This document shows positions 9,925 to 19,996 of a stretch of DNA of 19,996 nt, piece after piece. Under the pieces are notes generated by a model. That model searched no databases. It was not told where the DNA came from and saw nothing but the letters and a program-made list of their open reading frames with translations. The stretch comes from Ginkgo biloba. Taxonomy: Eukaryota > Plantae > Ginkgophyta. Within the stretch, counting starts at the first letter, position 1. Every line of letters starts with the position of its first letter. The DNA lies in NCBI GenBank assembly GCA_024626585.2, contig JANKJI020000004.1, positions 157,683,989-157,703,984 on the forward strand, given 5' to 3'. The position numbers and the translations under genes were made by a program.

Positions 9925-10244
9925 TGTAATATCACTTCCTGGAACAAAACCAAAGAAACTCAAACTACACCCAAGTCGGAACTCTCCGATACAGAACTTC
10001 TATTACCGTTTCTTCTAGGCTTCTTGCCAACCGTGAAGAAAAATATTGAGAGACACAAAATAGTAATAAACCACCTATTTCTTCTTAGATGGATTTTAAG
10101 AAATAGCTTAGGCATAATTTTTATCCTTTAGGATATGAAGAAGAATTATATTTTACTTCAAAGCATTTGAGACAGAAGGTGGTACAANNNNNNNNNNNNN
10201 NNNNNNNNNNNNNNNNNNNNNNNNNNNNNNNNNNNNNNNNNNNN

Positions 10245-11081
10245 AAATCAAGTTCTAAAATTTATAGGAGGCCTTCACACCCAACTTTGACATGAAGTTG
10301 AACTTTTTCCTTTGCATTCCTTGTAAGAGGTTTACCGTTTTGCTTCTAAAGTTGAAGTGAGAAAGTGGACTTCTCAACTCTTTCTTGGAGAGGTTAAGTC
10401 CAAGGCTTCTCTTACCTCATCTACTTCTTTTACCTCTTCCTCTAGTAGTAGAGGTAGGAGGAATAAAAGTTCTAAGAAGAAGAAGAGTTATAGGAGGAAG
10501 ACGAGTTATGACAGGGCAAAGACATATGAACATTGTGGTAAACAAGGACATGATACAAACCATTGTTATAAGCTTTATCTAGAAAAGGTGTTGAGATCTC
10601 TACATCAACAAAAGTAAAGAGGAAAACAAAAAATACCATAGGTTTCCATAAATTCAAAGGTGTTATCCCTCTCGATTTATCTTGTTCACACAAAAATGAA
10701 GAGAAGAGATTAGGAAATCCTCTTAACATTATAATTATAGATTAGGGATAGGATCATAGTAGCAATTATTGATAGTGATAGCTAGAAGAACTTATTTTCA
10801 ACTACTATAGTCAATGATTTGGGGTTGAATCTTGATAATCACCCTTACCCTTATAATATTAATGGCCAAAAGTGAGATGAGAGTGATTGTGTTATCCATC
10901 GATGTATTTTTAGGTTTTTGACCACTAACGAATATATTGATGAGGTTACATGTAATATAGTGCCCATGGATTGCACAAGTGTCCTACTTAGTATCCTCTT
11001 TTTCATTGATAAGAAAACCAACATCATTACCTATCTAGAAAAGTGTGATTTGATGAAGGATGGACAATCTTTCATCCTTAG
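10245..11081 (+). mobile_element. Degenerate Ty3/gypsy (CRM-like chromovirus) gag - zinc knuckle - aspartic protease
   Basis: Gag motif KFIGGLHTQL*HEVELFPLHSL*EVYRFASKVE. Knuckle YEHCGKQGHDTNHC at 10525-10566 (first Cys changed to Tyr). Protease AIIDSDS*KNL...LGL...HPYPY...YIDEVTCNIVPMDCTSVLL, with the catalytic DSGS changed to DSDS at 10771-10782. Multiple stops. Confidence 0.9.
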
Positions 11082-12929
11082 NNNNNNNNNNNNNNNNNNN
11101 NNNNNNNNNNNNNNNNNNNNNNNNNNNNNNNNNNNNNNNNNCTATAAAGTTTATTTTGACTACACTTGGGAAGGATTCTGAGTCAAGTTTAGAGACTAGA
11201 ATATAGTTATAGACAAGGCCTTCTACTTTGGATAGGTTTCATATGTAGATGCCTCACTTGTTGGATAAAGTAATAGGGGCCATTGCTTCCCAAGAAGAGA
11301 GGAATTGATGTGTTATAGGATACATAGGGTCTTAGAACTTGGTATCATAGTGGTCTAGCCTTTAAATCACTATGAGNNNNNNNNNNNNNNNNNNNNNNNN
11401 NNNNNNNNNNNNNNNNNNNNNTTAATTTTTCATATTAGTTGTCATAGTCTCATTGGTGCACAAGGTATCCTTGCATGGATAAGTCCCTTAGTAGACTATA
11501 GTTACTTCAATTGCATGACCAAGCTTGCATACTTGCATGAGTGTTGCATGAGCATGAAATGCATGGTTCTCCACTCTATTTTTAAAACCTTGGTTATCCT
11601 TATAAGGAAGCCTTGGGTTATATATTTTATACACACATGAATTCTTCTCTTTTATGGATATATGACAAGTTTGAAGTCTTATGTCTTGTTTCTTTGGATT
11701 TTGAATTCTTGTTTCAATATTTTATTAGATTCTTTGTTATTTGTTAGGATCCTTCTTATTGTATTCATCTTACACAGGTTANNNNNNNNNNNNNNNNNNN
11801 NNNNNNNNNNNNNNNNNNNNNNNNNNNNNNNNNNNNNNNNNNNNNNNNNNNNNNNNNNNNNNNNNNNNNNNNNNNNNNNNNTTGATATTGCTCATAGTAG
11901 TCTTCAAGACTCTATCCTTGTCCTTGCCTGAGATGAATCCACTTAAAGAATAACTCATCCTTATAACCAAGAGGATAGAATCTCTTCCTTAACTCCTTCT
12001 GGAAATCCACCAATGAGGATATTGGAAGTTACCCTAAATGAATTCTAGCGCTACAAAAATACTCCCACCAAAGTAGATCCTTCCTACCCATCTTCAACCT
12101 ATCAAAACTATTCTTTCATCTATACATGCCTCACAAGAGAAATAAACCTCTAGTGGTTGGATCCAAGTCTGCAATGACTCTACATCCATTCGTTCATTGA
12201 ACGCCTTAATATCCACTTTTAACTCTACCCAAAATGGGTTATGTGCTATGGATCCCTATGTAGATGAAGACCCTAAGGTAGGAGGTTGGTTAAACTATGA
12301 GGGAAATTGATGCGACATGAATCGACCATCAACCAAATTTGACGTGTGTTGGGTGTAGCGAGACCGACATGTGCCACTCACTTGATTTGAGGTTGGTCGA
12401 CGATAGGAAAAATTAATGTCAACACAGGGATCTAATGCTGACATAATTCACCTTCCAAGATCTCAATGATAGCCTTGGTCGACGACATCAACAAATGCCT
12501 CAGTCGGGTTGACATGGGCTATCTANNNNNNNNNNNNNNNNNNNNNNNNNNNNNNNNNNNNNNNNNNNNNNNNNNNNNNNNNNNNNNNNNNNNNNNNNNN
12601 NNNNNNAATGTTGGTGTCGGTCATCGATAATGTCGGTTTGCACTCTTTTGTAAAAATGGGCACCTTATTGGAGTGCTACAGGGATGCTTCTGCATTATCC
12701 TCCCTTGCTTACAAAAAGATGTAGGTCCTTCTCTAAACACTCAACTTTAAATTTTTCCCACTCCTCGTCATGTAGGCTTCCAAGTAATAATTTAAAATTA
12801 CATTGAATTGCACTTGTTAGTCCATCTCTTTATATTCTATCAGACTTAGTCTGTCCCAGTGCACTAAGGCCCTACTTCATGTTAGACCAAATTAACATTA
12901 TATTCCCTTGACTGTATTCTATTTTCATT

Positions 12930-13118
12930 CTACCTTGGACACTCAAATGACATGTGGCCTTCTTCTTCGTACCTATAGCATGTCATAGATCTCCTAAGTG
13001 CATGCAACACTCTATACGACCCTTGATGGAAATAGGCATTCATTTCTCTTTTTGGCCAAATTAAAATCCTAGGCGCTCTCATACCTTGAGCAACCTCTAT
13101 CTTATCGATGTTGAACAT
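12930..13118 (-). mobile_element. Retrotransposon gag fragment with CCHC zinc-knuckle remnant
   Basis: The ORF ends CYRYEEEGHMSFECP (knuckle at 12980-12939), i.e. CX2CX4HX4C with the second Cys changed to Tyr. Confidence 0.7.
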
Positions 13119-13275
13119 TTCTCTTATGCCATTGATGTGATGTCGATGCTCCCTCGATAAAAGGTCTTTTTCTTATNNNNNNNNNNNNNNNNNNNNNNNN
13201 NNNNNNNNNNNNNNNNNNNNNNNNNNNNNNNNNNNNNNNNNNNNNNNNNNNNNNNNNNNNNNNNNNNNNNNNNNN

Positions 13276-14812
13276 NCAAACAACTATTATCTTTCTAAGA
13301 TCTTTAGAGCTCCATCTAAATGTTTGAGATGCTCACTTCATGTCTTCCTATAGATAAAGCAATTGTAAAAAAAAATACCAAAGTAACTTTTATGGGTTCT
13401 ATTTTTAAGACTTTATTAATTAGTGCTTGAAAAGTTAATGGTGCATTGCATAGCTTAAAAGTAACTACATAAAATTTAAGAACCCTTGATGTGTGTGAAA
13501 TGTAGTCTTTTATCATTCTTTCAATCTAATAGGAATCTAGTAGTACTTTAAGCAAAGATCAATTTTTGAGAAGATTTTTTCTCCATGCAATTTATCCATT
13601 AATCTGTCAATTCTTAGTATCGAAAAATTATTTTTGATGGTCACTTTATTTAATGCCCAATAATCCACACACATTCTAGACGAGTTATCAATCTTTCTCG
13701 ATAAAACCATAGGTATCTAATATGGACTCTTACTATCTTTAATGGCTCTTACGCTGATAAAGTCTTGCATCAACCTTTCAATCTTTATCTTTTGCATTAA
13801 ACTATATTAATTTGATTTAATAAGAGTGAGGAATTTATTGGGTCATATCTCAATTATATGATCCATTCCTTAGTTTGAGGTGTACCCTTAGGTAATTCTT
13901 GGATAACTTGGTTGTGTTTATCTAATATTTGTTGGATATCTCTCTTTTGTGCATTAATATGTTCCTCATTAATTTGTACCTTTTTTTTATTATTGCTTCT
14001 TCTAGTCTTGCTTCCATATGACATAGTCTAGAAAAAATTCTTAGGTGATCTTTCCTCAGTGTCTTGTCCATCTATTATGAACTCATCACTTTATTAGCTA
14101 ATTCTCTTATGTCAAAAATCTTGTATTATAGTCCTTGTAGTTTTAAGGATACAAAATCTTGAATATGGTTAGTTTTATAAGTGTCTAGTGTCACCATCCA
14201 TTATATTCCTAAAAATCTGTTCACTTCACCAACGTGTATAATAAAAAATTTATCTACAAGAGTATAATCTCCCATTTAAAGTGTAACATTTCATAGCATT
14301 CCCTCATACATAATTTTATTGTGTAGTGGTACTTATATGATAAATCCATCACTTCTATCTAGGTTGAGACCCACATGTTTAATTCATTGTATATCCAAGA
14401 AATTGTGTGTACTTCCCAAATCTACCATTATAAGTAATTTATTATTCTTAATAATTCCATGTACCTTAAAGGTGTCTAGTATTGCTATCCTAGTGATTAC
14501 ATTTATGGAAACTTTTGGTCTCCTTATCTGTAATATTGGAATTGGTAATGGTTCTTTGATATGATCATCTTTTCCATTTTCTATGTCTTCTATCTCCCTT
14601 TTAATAGTCATCTCTCCTCTAAGTCTTCGTCTACTATCTCTTCTCATTCTACTCCGACTATGAATAGTTTGTTTTATTCTTTTTTATATTCATGGCCACT
14701 AGAGTATGGTTCACAACACTTTGGACAAGGGTTACTTTGAATCCCTGTATCCTTTCCATCTCTTAAGCTAGTTTATCCTTCTATTATTGGTTGCATTGCT
14801 CATTCATATTGT
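13276..14812 (-). mobile_element. Degenerate Ty3/gypsy chromovirus (Reina/Tekay-like) gag C-terminus - protease - reverse transcriptase
   Basis: Gag knuckle-like CPKCCEPYSSGHE at ~14727-14687. Protease VSINVIT...TFKVHGIIKNNKLLIMVDLGSTHNFL. RT SKSPY*IPMVLSRKIDNSSRMCVDYWALNKVTIKNNFSILRIDRLMDKLHGEKIFSKIDL...KTTFHTHQG, then LCNAPLTFQALINKV and VFF/FYNCFIYRKT*SEHLKHL. The catalytic FDD is changed to FYN near 13361-13370. Stops and frameshifts throughout. Confidence 0.95.
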
Positions 14813-15669
14813 NNNNNNNNNNNNNNNNNNNNNNNNNNNNNNNNNNNNNNNNNNNNNNNNNNNNNNNNNNNNNNNNNNNNNNNNNNNNNNNNNNNNNNNN
14901 NNNNNNNNNNNNNNNNNNNNNNNNNNNNNNNNNNNNNNNNNNNNNNNNNNNNNNNNNNNNNNNNNNNNNNNNNNNNNNNNNNNNNNNNNNNNNNNNNNNN
15001 NNNNNNNNNNNNNNNNNNNNNNNNNNNNNNNNNNNNNNNNNNNNNNNNNNNNNNNNNNNNNNNNNNNNNNNNNNNNNNNNNNNNNNNNNNNNNNNNNNNN
15101 NNNNNNNNNNNNNNNNNNNNNNNNNNNNNNNNNNNNNNNNNNNNNNNNNNNNNNNNNNNNNNNNNNNNNNNNNNNNNNNNNNNNNNNNNNNNNNNNNNNN
15201 NNNNNNNNNNNNNNNNNNNNNNNNNNNNNNNNNNNNNNNNNNNNNNNNNNNNNNNNNNNNNNNNNNNNNNNNNNNNNNNNNNNNNNNNNNNNNNNNNNNN
15301 NNNNNNNNNNNNNNNNNNNNNNNNNNNNNNNNNNNNNNNNNNNNNNNNNNNNNNNNNNNNNNNNNNNNNNNNNNNNNNNNNNNNNNNNNNNNNNNNNNNN
15401 NNNNNNNNNNNNNNNNNNNNNNNNNNNNNNNNNNNNNNNNNNNNNNNNNNNNNNNNNNNNNNNNNNNNNNNNNNNNNNNNNNNNNNNNNNNNNNNNNNNN
15501 NNNNNNNNNNNNNTACCTAATTAAATGCTTTCTCCATATTGCTCAATATGAGATCAACATTCCTTTGATTATCCTGAAACTAGTCTAATCATACCATTTC
15601 TTCCATAACTTCTTTAGCTTATTGCCTTGTTAATACCATGATTTATCTTATCTCAAAATTATTGCCAAA

Positions 15670-15681
15670 GCTCAAATACCA
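15670..15681 (-). promoter_or_regulatory. Degenerate tRNA-iMet primer-binding site
   Basis: Plus-strand GCTCAAATACCA matches the canonical GCTCTGATACCA (reverse complement of TGGTATCAGAGC) at 10 of 12 positions. It is followed by a 2-nt spacer and TGTAAG (the LTR ...CA end on the minus strand), and sits upstream of the minus-strand gag-pol as expected. Confidence 0.7.
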
Positions 15682-15683
15682 CA

Positions 15684-16268
15684 TGTAAGCCCCCAAAAAT
15701 AAGACTTACTAAATAATTCTAGATATTATGACAACTTCTAAGAAGTAAATAACTTAGAAGAACTCTATAAGAAGAATGGAATAATAAAGAATCTCAAAAT
15801 GTAAAGATAATAATAACTCGCAATAGTCATAGTAAGATCAAATATCAGATGATAAGAAAAAGTTCTAAAAAATAATTAAGAATGGAGACACAAGAAGGTT
15901 AGTAGAAGTTTCTACCAAGAAATGAAATGTGGGAGCATCTTCTACCCACGAAGTTGAATTTGGAAGCACTTACTTCCAGAGGGAAGAATTTTCCTTTGAG
16001 ATGCTAATAGGGATGAATAATTTTCTATGGAGATGAGATGATAATAGAATGAATAGAGATAAAGCCTTATATTACTTAAACCCATATGACTTTCTTCTAA
16101 TCATTTCTATATTAATTGGAGTTACTTTTTAGGTTCTAAAATGTATAATAAGGCAATTAAATTATGCACCTATCAATTATCTCCTAAAGTAATAAACTAA
16201 GTTGTATTGAGGGTTTAATATTCCTAAGTTCTCCTTGGATTATTGATAAGTGATTATCTCTTTTATCA
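15684..16268 (-). mobile_element. Probable 5' LTR of the 13.3-16.3 kb element
   Basis: The inner boundary is fixed by the PBS. A TATA-like motif lies on the minus strand near 16066-16073. The outer boundary (TGATAA at 16268) is a guess. Confidence 0.5.
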
Positions 16269-17132
16269 CTCCTTTATGGATTTTTTTGATTTTTGGCATT
16301 GAAGGTTGTTAACTAACGAAATATGATTCCAAGATTAAACCCATTCCCCAAACATCTTACTGTCATTTCTGTTCTCTATTCTAAATTTCTTCTTCTCATT
16401 ATTCATGTATGTTAAGTCATGTAAGTGACTGAGATTGAATGTATTTACAAGTCACTTGGTGACTGGTAACTCCTAGTAACTGGTATGTAGTCTACTTATT
16501 AGTTGGAATGTGACTGGTATGACTAATATACATATTTTTATGGTTATGTTATAATTATTAACTATTTCAGTTAGTTGTGGATAGTTAAACTAATAAAATA
16601 ACATGTTGATGAAATGTATAAATACCTGATGAATATCATAATAAAATCGAAAAGTTTTTGGTGATTCAAACCATTGCAAAAGTTATTGGTATTTGTACAA
16701 GGCCCCATGTTAACGCTAGTAACTCTTGGCTATACTCGTAAATAAACATTTCTATTAGCATTTGATAGTTAGTTACAGTTTCAGTTTCCAAACTCAATAG
16801 TAATAGTATAAAAAGATAATCAATTTGTTATTATTCCATTTATGCTCAAGATATTCTAGATTTTATTTCCTTGAGTTAAAGCACACAATCTCTGTAGAAT
16901 AGAAATTGCATCTTCTGAAACTATTTGGTTGAGTAGTGTTGTTTCCAACACACCCCCATTTTGCTCACAAATTTGGGACCCCCCTTTTCTTGAGAATTTT
17001 AAAAACATTTTGTGCAAGGACCCTGTTCATANNNNNNNNNNNNNNNNNNNNNNNNNNNNNNNNNNNNNNNNNNNNNNNNNNNNNNNNNNNNNNNNNNNNN
17101 NNNNNNNNNNNNNNNNNNNNNNNNNNNNNNNT

Positions 17133-17667
17133 ATGAAGTAGATGTAAAGGCCAGTGCAAGAAACACTATTGAAGAGTCAATAGAAATATAATATTAAACA
17201 TGATAATCATAGAGAATATCATTAATTACAAGTGGGAGATATAATATGGCTACATCTATATAAGGGAAGATTCCAAGAGTAGAATTTAAAGATGTCCCAT
17301 TTATCATTTTAGAATAATTTGGATATAATGCCTTTAAGTTAGATTTACCACATTATATGGTGATCCACCCTACCTTCAATGTTGATAGCTTGAAACTCTA
17401 TGANNNNNNNNNNNNNNNNNNNNNNNNNNNNNNNNNNNNNNNNNNNNNNNNCCCTAGAAGAGCTAATTCTATATGAGAAGAAGCCATTAGAAGAATATAT
17501 AATTTTGTAAAATAGAGAGAGAGCATCCATGCAAGGTATCGCCAAGATGTGCAAAATTAGTAGAAAAGGAAAATTTTCTCAAATAAGAAAATGGTTCATA
17601 AAGGAGTGTATCATGAATGAATTTCTAAATCTCATTGAGAAGATGATAGATACCACCATCCTTAAAT
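17133..17667 (+). mobile_element. Degenerate gypsy (CRM-like) integrase C-terminal region
   Basis: VQETLLKSQ*KYNIKHDNHREYH*LQVGDIIWLHLYKGRFQ / PFIILE*FGYNAFKLDLPHYMVIHPTFNVDSLKLY is a GPY/F module with a short deletion. A tail follows: IL*NRERASMQG...KISRKGKFSQIRKWF...F..LI. Confidence 0.9.
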
Positions 17668-18308
17668 GAGGGAGGTTTGATCTAAGTTACATCTAAAAAG
17701 GATGATTATTGGATTCATTTTCATAGGGGCAAGAAGGTGATAATCTTATTAAAAAGCCACTACATTTGCCTAAAAATTGACCTTATTTGGTTGTTAGGTC
17801 TAGGATATAAATTTCTATTGGTGTGATAGGGTCCCCTTATCCCTCAGTGGGCATCTAGGGTTCATTGCCCAATATTACCATAAGATCACTTTATAGTTTA
17901 AAATCTTATAGTCCTATAATTTTTACTAAGGAAATGAATAATGAGAGGAGTTTTCTTAAGTCATATAAATTTGTTAAAATTTTATACAATTACAAGTTTA
18001 TAATGAGCTATGATAGTATTAAAAGTTACAGTAATTCTTAAGGCAGTGATAGTAGGAAACACTATTATAATGCATAAGGTAGTAATAGTATGAAAATATA
18101 TGATAGTGTATAAGGAAATAATAGTGCAAAAGGTTGCGACAAAGGTGTAATATCATGCATGATTATCACGTTTCAAAAATCTATGAAATGACAAAAGTCA
18201 ATGAAGTGATAAGTGGCTACAAAAAGATTAACAAACAAGATTAAAAATCTATTTACTTTTGATTTGCAAAATAAAAATAAAAGTGTTACTCTCTTGAAAT
18301 ATGATCTT
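17668..18308 (+). mobile_element. PPT and 3' LTR of the CRM-like element
   Basis: GAGGGAGG (17668-17675), a 2-nt spacer, then TGATC at 17678, directly after the integrase tail. A TGAT start is typical of CRM-type LTRs. The right end is not resolved because of an N gap. Confidence 0.6.
18003..18146. repeat. Degenerate 18/36-bp tandem array inside the LTR
   Basis: TAAGG recurs at 18039, 18075 and 18111 (period 36). Related 18-bp subunits carry (g/a)atagt. Confidence 0.65.
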
Positions 18309-18319
18309 NNNNNNNNNNC

Positions 18320-18712
18320 ATATATCATAAGTCCCCTCTCTCCCTTCATTTTTCTAAAGGTTCAAGGGTTATAAATCATTCCTACATAATAGGTACATCC
18401 CCACATCTTTTAGGACCAAGAGAGACTGGGGTCTAAAATGAATCTTTACTTGAAAATAATAAGTAGAATAAGATGTAAATGATAACTAGGGTGCAATTAT
18501 CTCCCATGGATCAAATAATATTTCTCAATAATAAGAGTATAAGAAATAATAATTGTATTTGATGTCATATTACAATGATTGATTCCTATATATAGTTATT
18601 TAGGAAACTTTTTAGATCTAAGAGGTGACCTTTAGTTATAATTACTCTTTAATTAATATGTATTAGGTTTTTCATAAGATATTTGAGTCATAGTTATGCT
18701 AGCGACATAATA
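18320..18712 (-). mobile_element. Probable 3' LTR of the right-hand chromovirus
   Basis: It lies immediately downstream of the chromodomain/EDK tail and an eroded purine tract. It starts TATTATG (probably decayed TGTTATG) at 18712, with a TATATATA motif near 18587-18594. Boundaries are approximate. Confidence 0.4.
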
Positions 18713-18714
18713 TG

Positions 18715-19996
18715 GCATCCATTCTTAATAAGATTTGTCCTCAAAGTAAGGATAACTCCATATATGTATTAAGTAAGTCTTGGGATTCCCTCCAAGATGG
18801 TCTTTCCATTTAATTCTATATTCTCAAATTGGATTGGTGTGTAAGTTTTTTTGTTCATGTTTTAAGATTTATTTTTTGCTTCAATATTAGTCTTCCCTAT
18901 TTGTCAAGTATTGAAAGTTGAGTTTGTGGAATGACATTATTACCAATATTCTTTTTGAGACATGCAACATGGAATACATTATGGATTTTTCTATTATTAG
19001 GTAAGTCAACTTTGCATTCAACCTCTCTTATTTTTTATAGGATTATTTAAGGTCCATAGAAATTTGAAGCAAGTTTATGTTTTCCTTTTATTTTGAAGGA
19101 CAATTGCTTGGATGGTTGTAGGCATAGAAATACCATATCTCAAATTTCAAATGATCATTTAGAATAGTTTTTATTTGCTTGTTATTTAATTCAGTTCTAT
19201 GCTATATTTATATTATCTTTAATAATTGCTAATATTTCTTATGCTTCCAATAGTAAATCACGGGTAGCATTTAATTTAGAGATTTAAATAAGGATGTCTT
19301 CTAGTGCCAAAGGAGGGTATCTATAAAGTGTGATAAAGGGCATCATCTTTATGGAGGTGTGATATAAAGTATTATACAAGTATTTTTCCAAGTGCAACCA
19401 TCTTTTCCATTGATTATATTTGTCTCCTTCATAGGTGTGTAGATATCCTTTGATACATTTATTAACAACTTTTATTTAACCATCTATTTATGGATGGCAT
19501 GATGTACTCATATTAAATTTCATACCTGTTAATCGAAAAACTTCTTACCCAAAATTACTAGTGAATATTAGAACACAATTTCAGATTATTTATTTTTGAA
19601 ATACATGTAATTTTTGGATTTCTTTCATAAGAAAATCTACAAGTTGAGGAGTTTTATATGTCACATTTATAAGCAAAAAGTAAGCATATTTTATTAGGTG
19701 ATCGACTATGACAAATATATAATATTTTCCATCAAAATTGGGAAATCTCAATTATAAAATCCATAGAGGTTTATTCCCATTTTTAATGAGATATATTTAG
19801 TAGTTAAAGCATTTCTAGGGTGGTAATATGTTTAGTTTTTTGTTATTAGTATGAATTGTATTCATCTACGACTTAAAGGATGCCCTTTTTCATTCTTTAC
19901 CAAGAGAAGGTATGCTTGATATTATGAGTTTTATTAAATATTGTTGGTCAGATGTAGGTGATTAATGACATCCATGGAGTAATTCAGTAATTAATT
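18715..19996 (-). mobile_element. Degenerate Ty3/gypsy chromovirus integrase, GPY/F module and chromodomain remnant (continues past window end)
   Basis: KWE*TSMDFI; IFVIVDHLIKYAYF; FTSNFG*EVFRLTGMKFNMSTSCHP*IDG*IKVVNKCIKGYL; W..WLHL...YN..YHTSIKMMPF.TLY; DMVFLCLQP...KHKLASNFYGP...VDLP...IHNVFHVACLKK; EYRIKWKD...EDK. Many stops. Confidence 0.95.

Noticed and set aside
9763-10131. 122-aa plus-strand ORF
   Set aside because: It is antisense to the better-supported minus-strand exon with canonical splice sites, and has no family motif.
14787-15588. Long ORFs of 245 and 265 aa
   Set aside because: Almost entirely N (X residues); gap artefacts.

Overview
This is AT-rich, gap-ridden eukaryotic DNA with 16 N-runs totalling about 2.5 kb. 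It looks like a large-genome land plant, with gymnosperm-like retroelements (inference). Most of the window is a graveyard of decayed, nested Ty3/gypsy LTR retrotransposons: (1) an RT/integrase remnant at ~0.75-1.0 kb (-); (2) a CRM-like gag-zinc knuckle-protease at 10.2-11.1 kb (+); (3) a gag zinc-knuckle scrap at ~12.95 kb (-); (4) a Reina/Tekay-like gag-PR-RT with PBS and 5' LTR at 13.3-16.3 kb (-); (5) a CRM-like integrase C-terminus, PPT and LTR at 17.1-18.3 kb (+); (6) a chromoviral integrase-chromodomain-LTR at 18.3-20 kb (-). All carry stops, frameshifts or broken motifs. There are also several short tandem arrays (26, 33/66, 53-54 and 18/36 bp). The one non-TE signal is a CpG-retaining island at ~8.35-10.03 kb. 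On the minus strand it holds a splice-bounded exon, MAGQYLVDLPSRGFFGSSVFPSSNP, that resembles the N-terminus of plant DDA1-like/SAP-domain proteins, followed by what looks like a decayed second exon. This is probably an intron-containing pseudogene or diverged paralog. No intact protein-coding gene, RNA gene, CRISPR array or clearly novel system is supported. Most listed ORFs are spurious or span N gaps.
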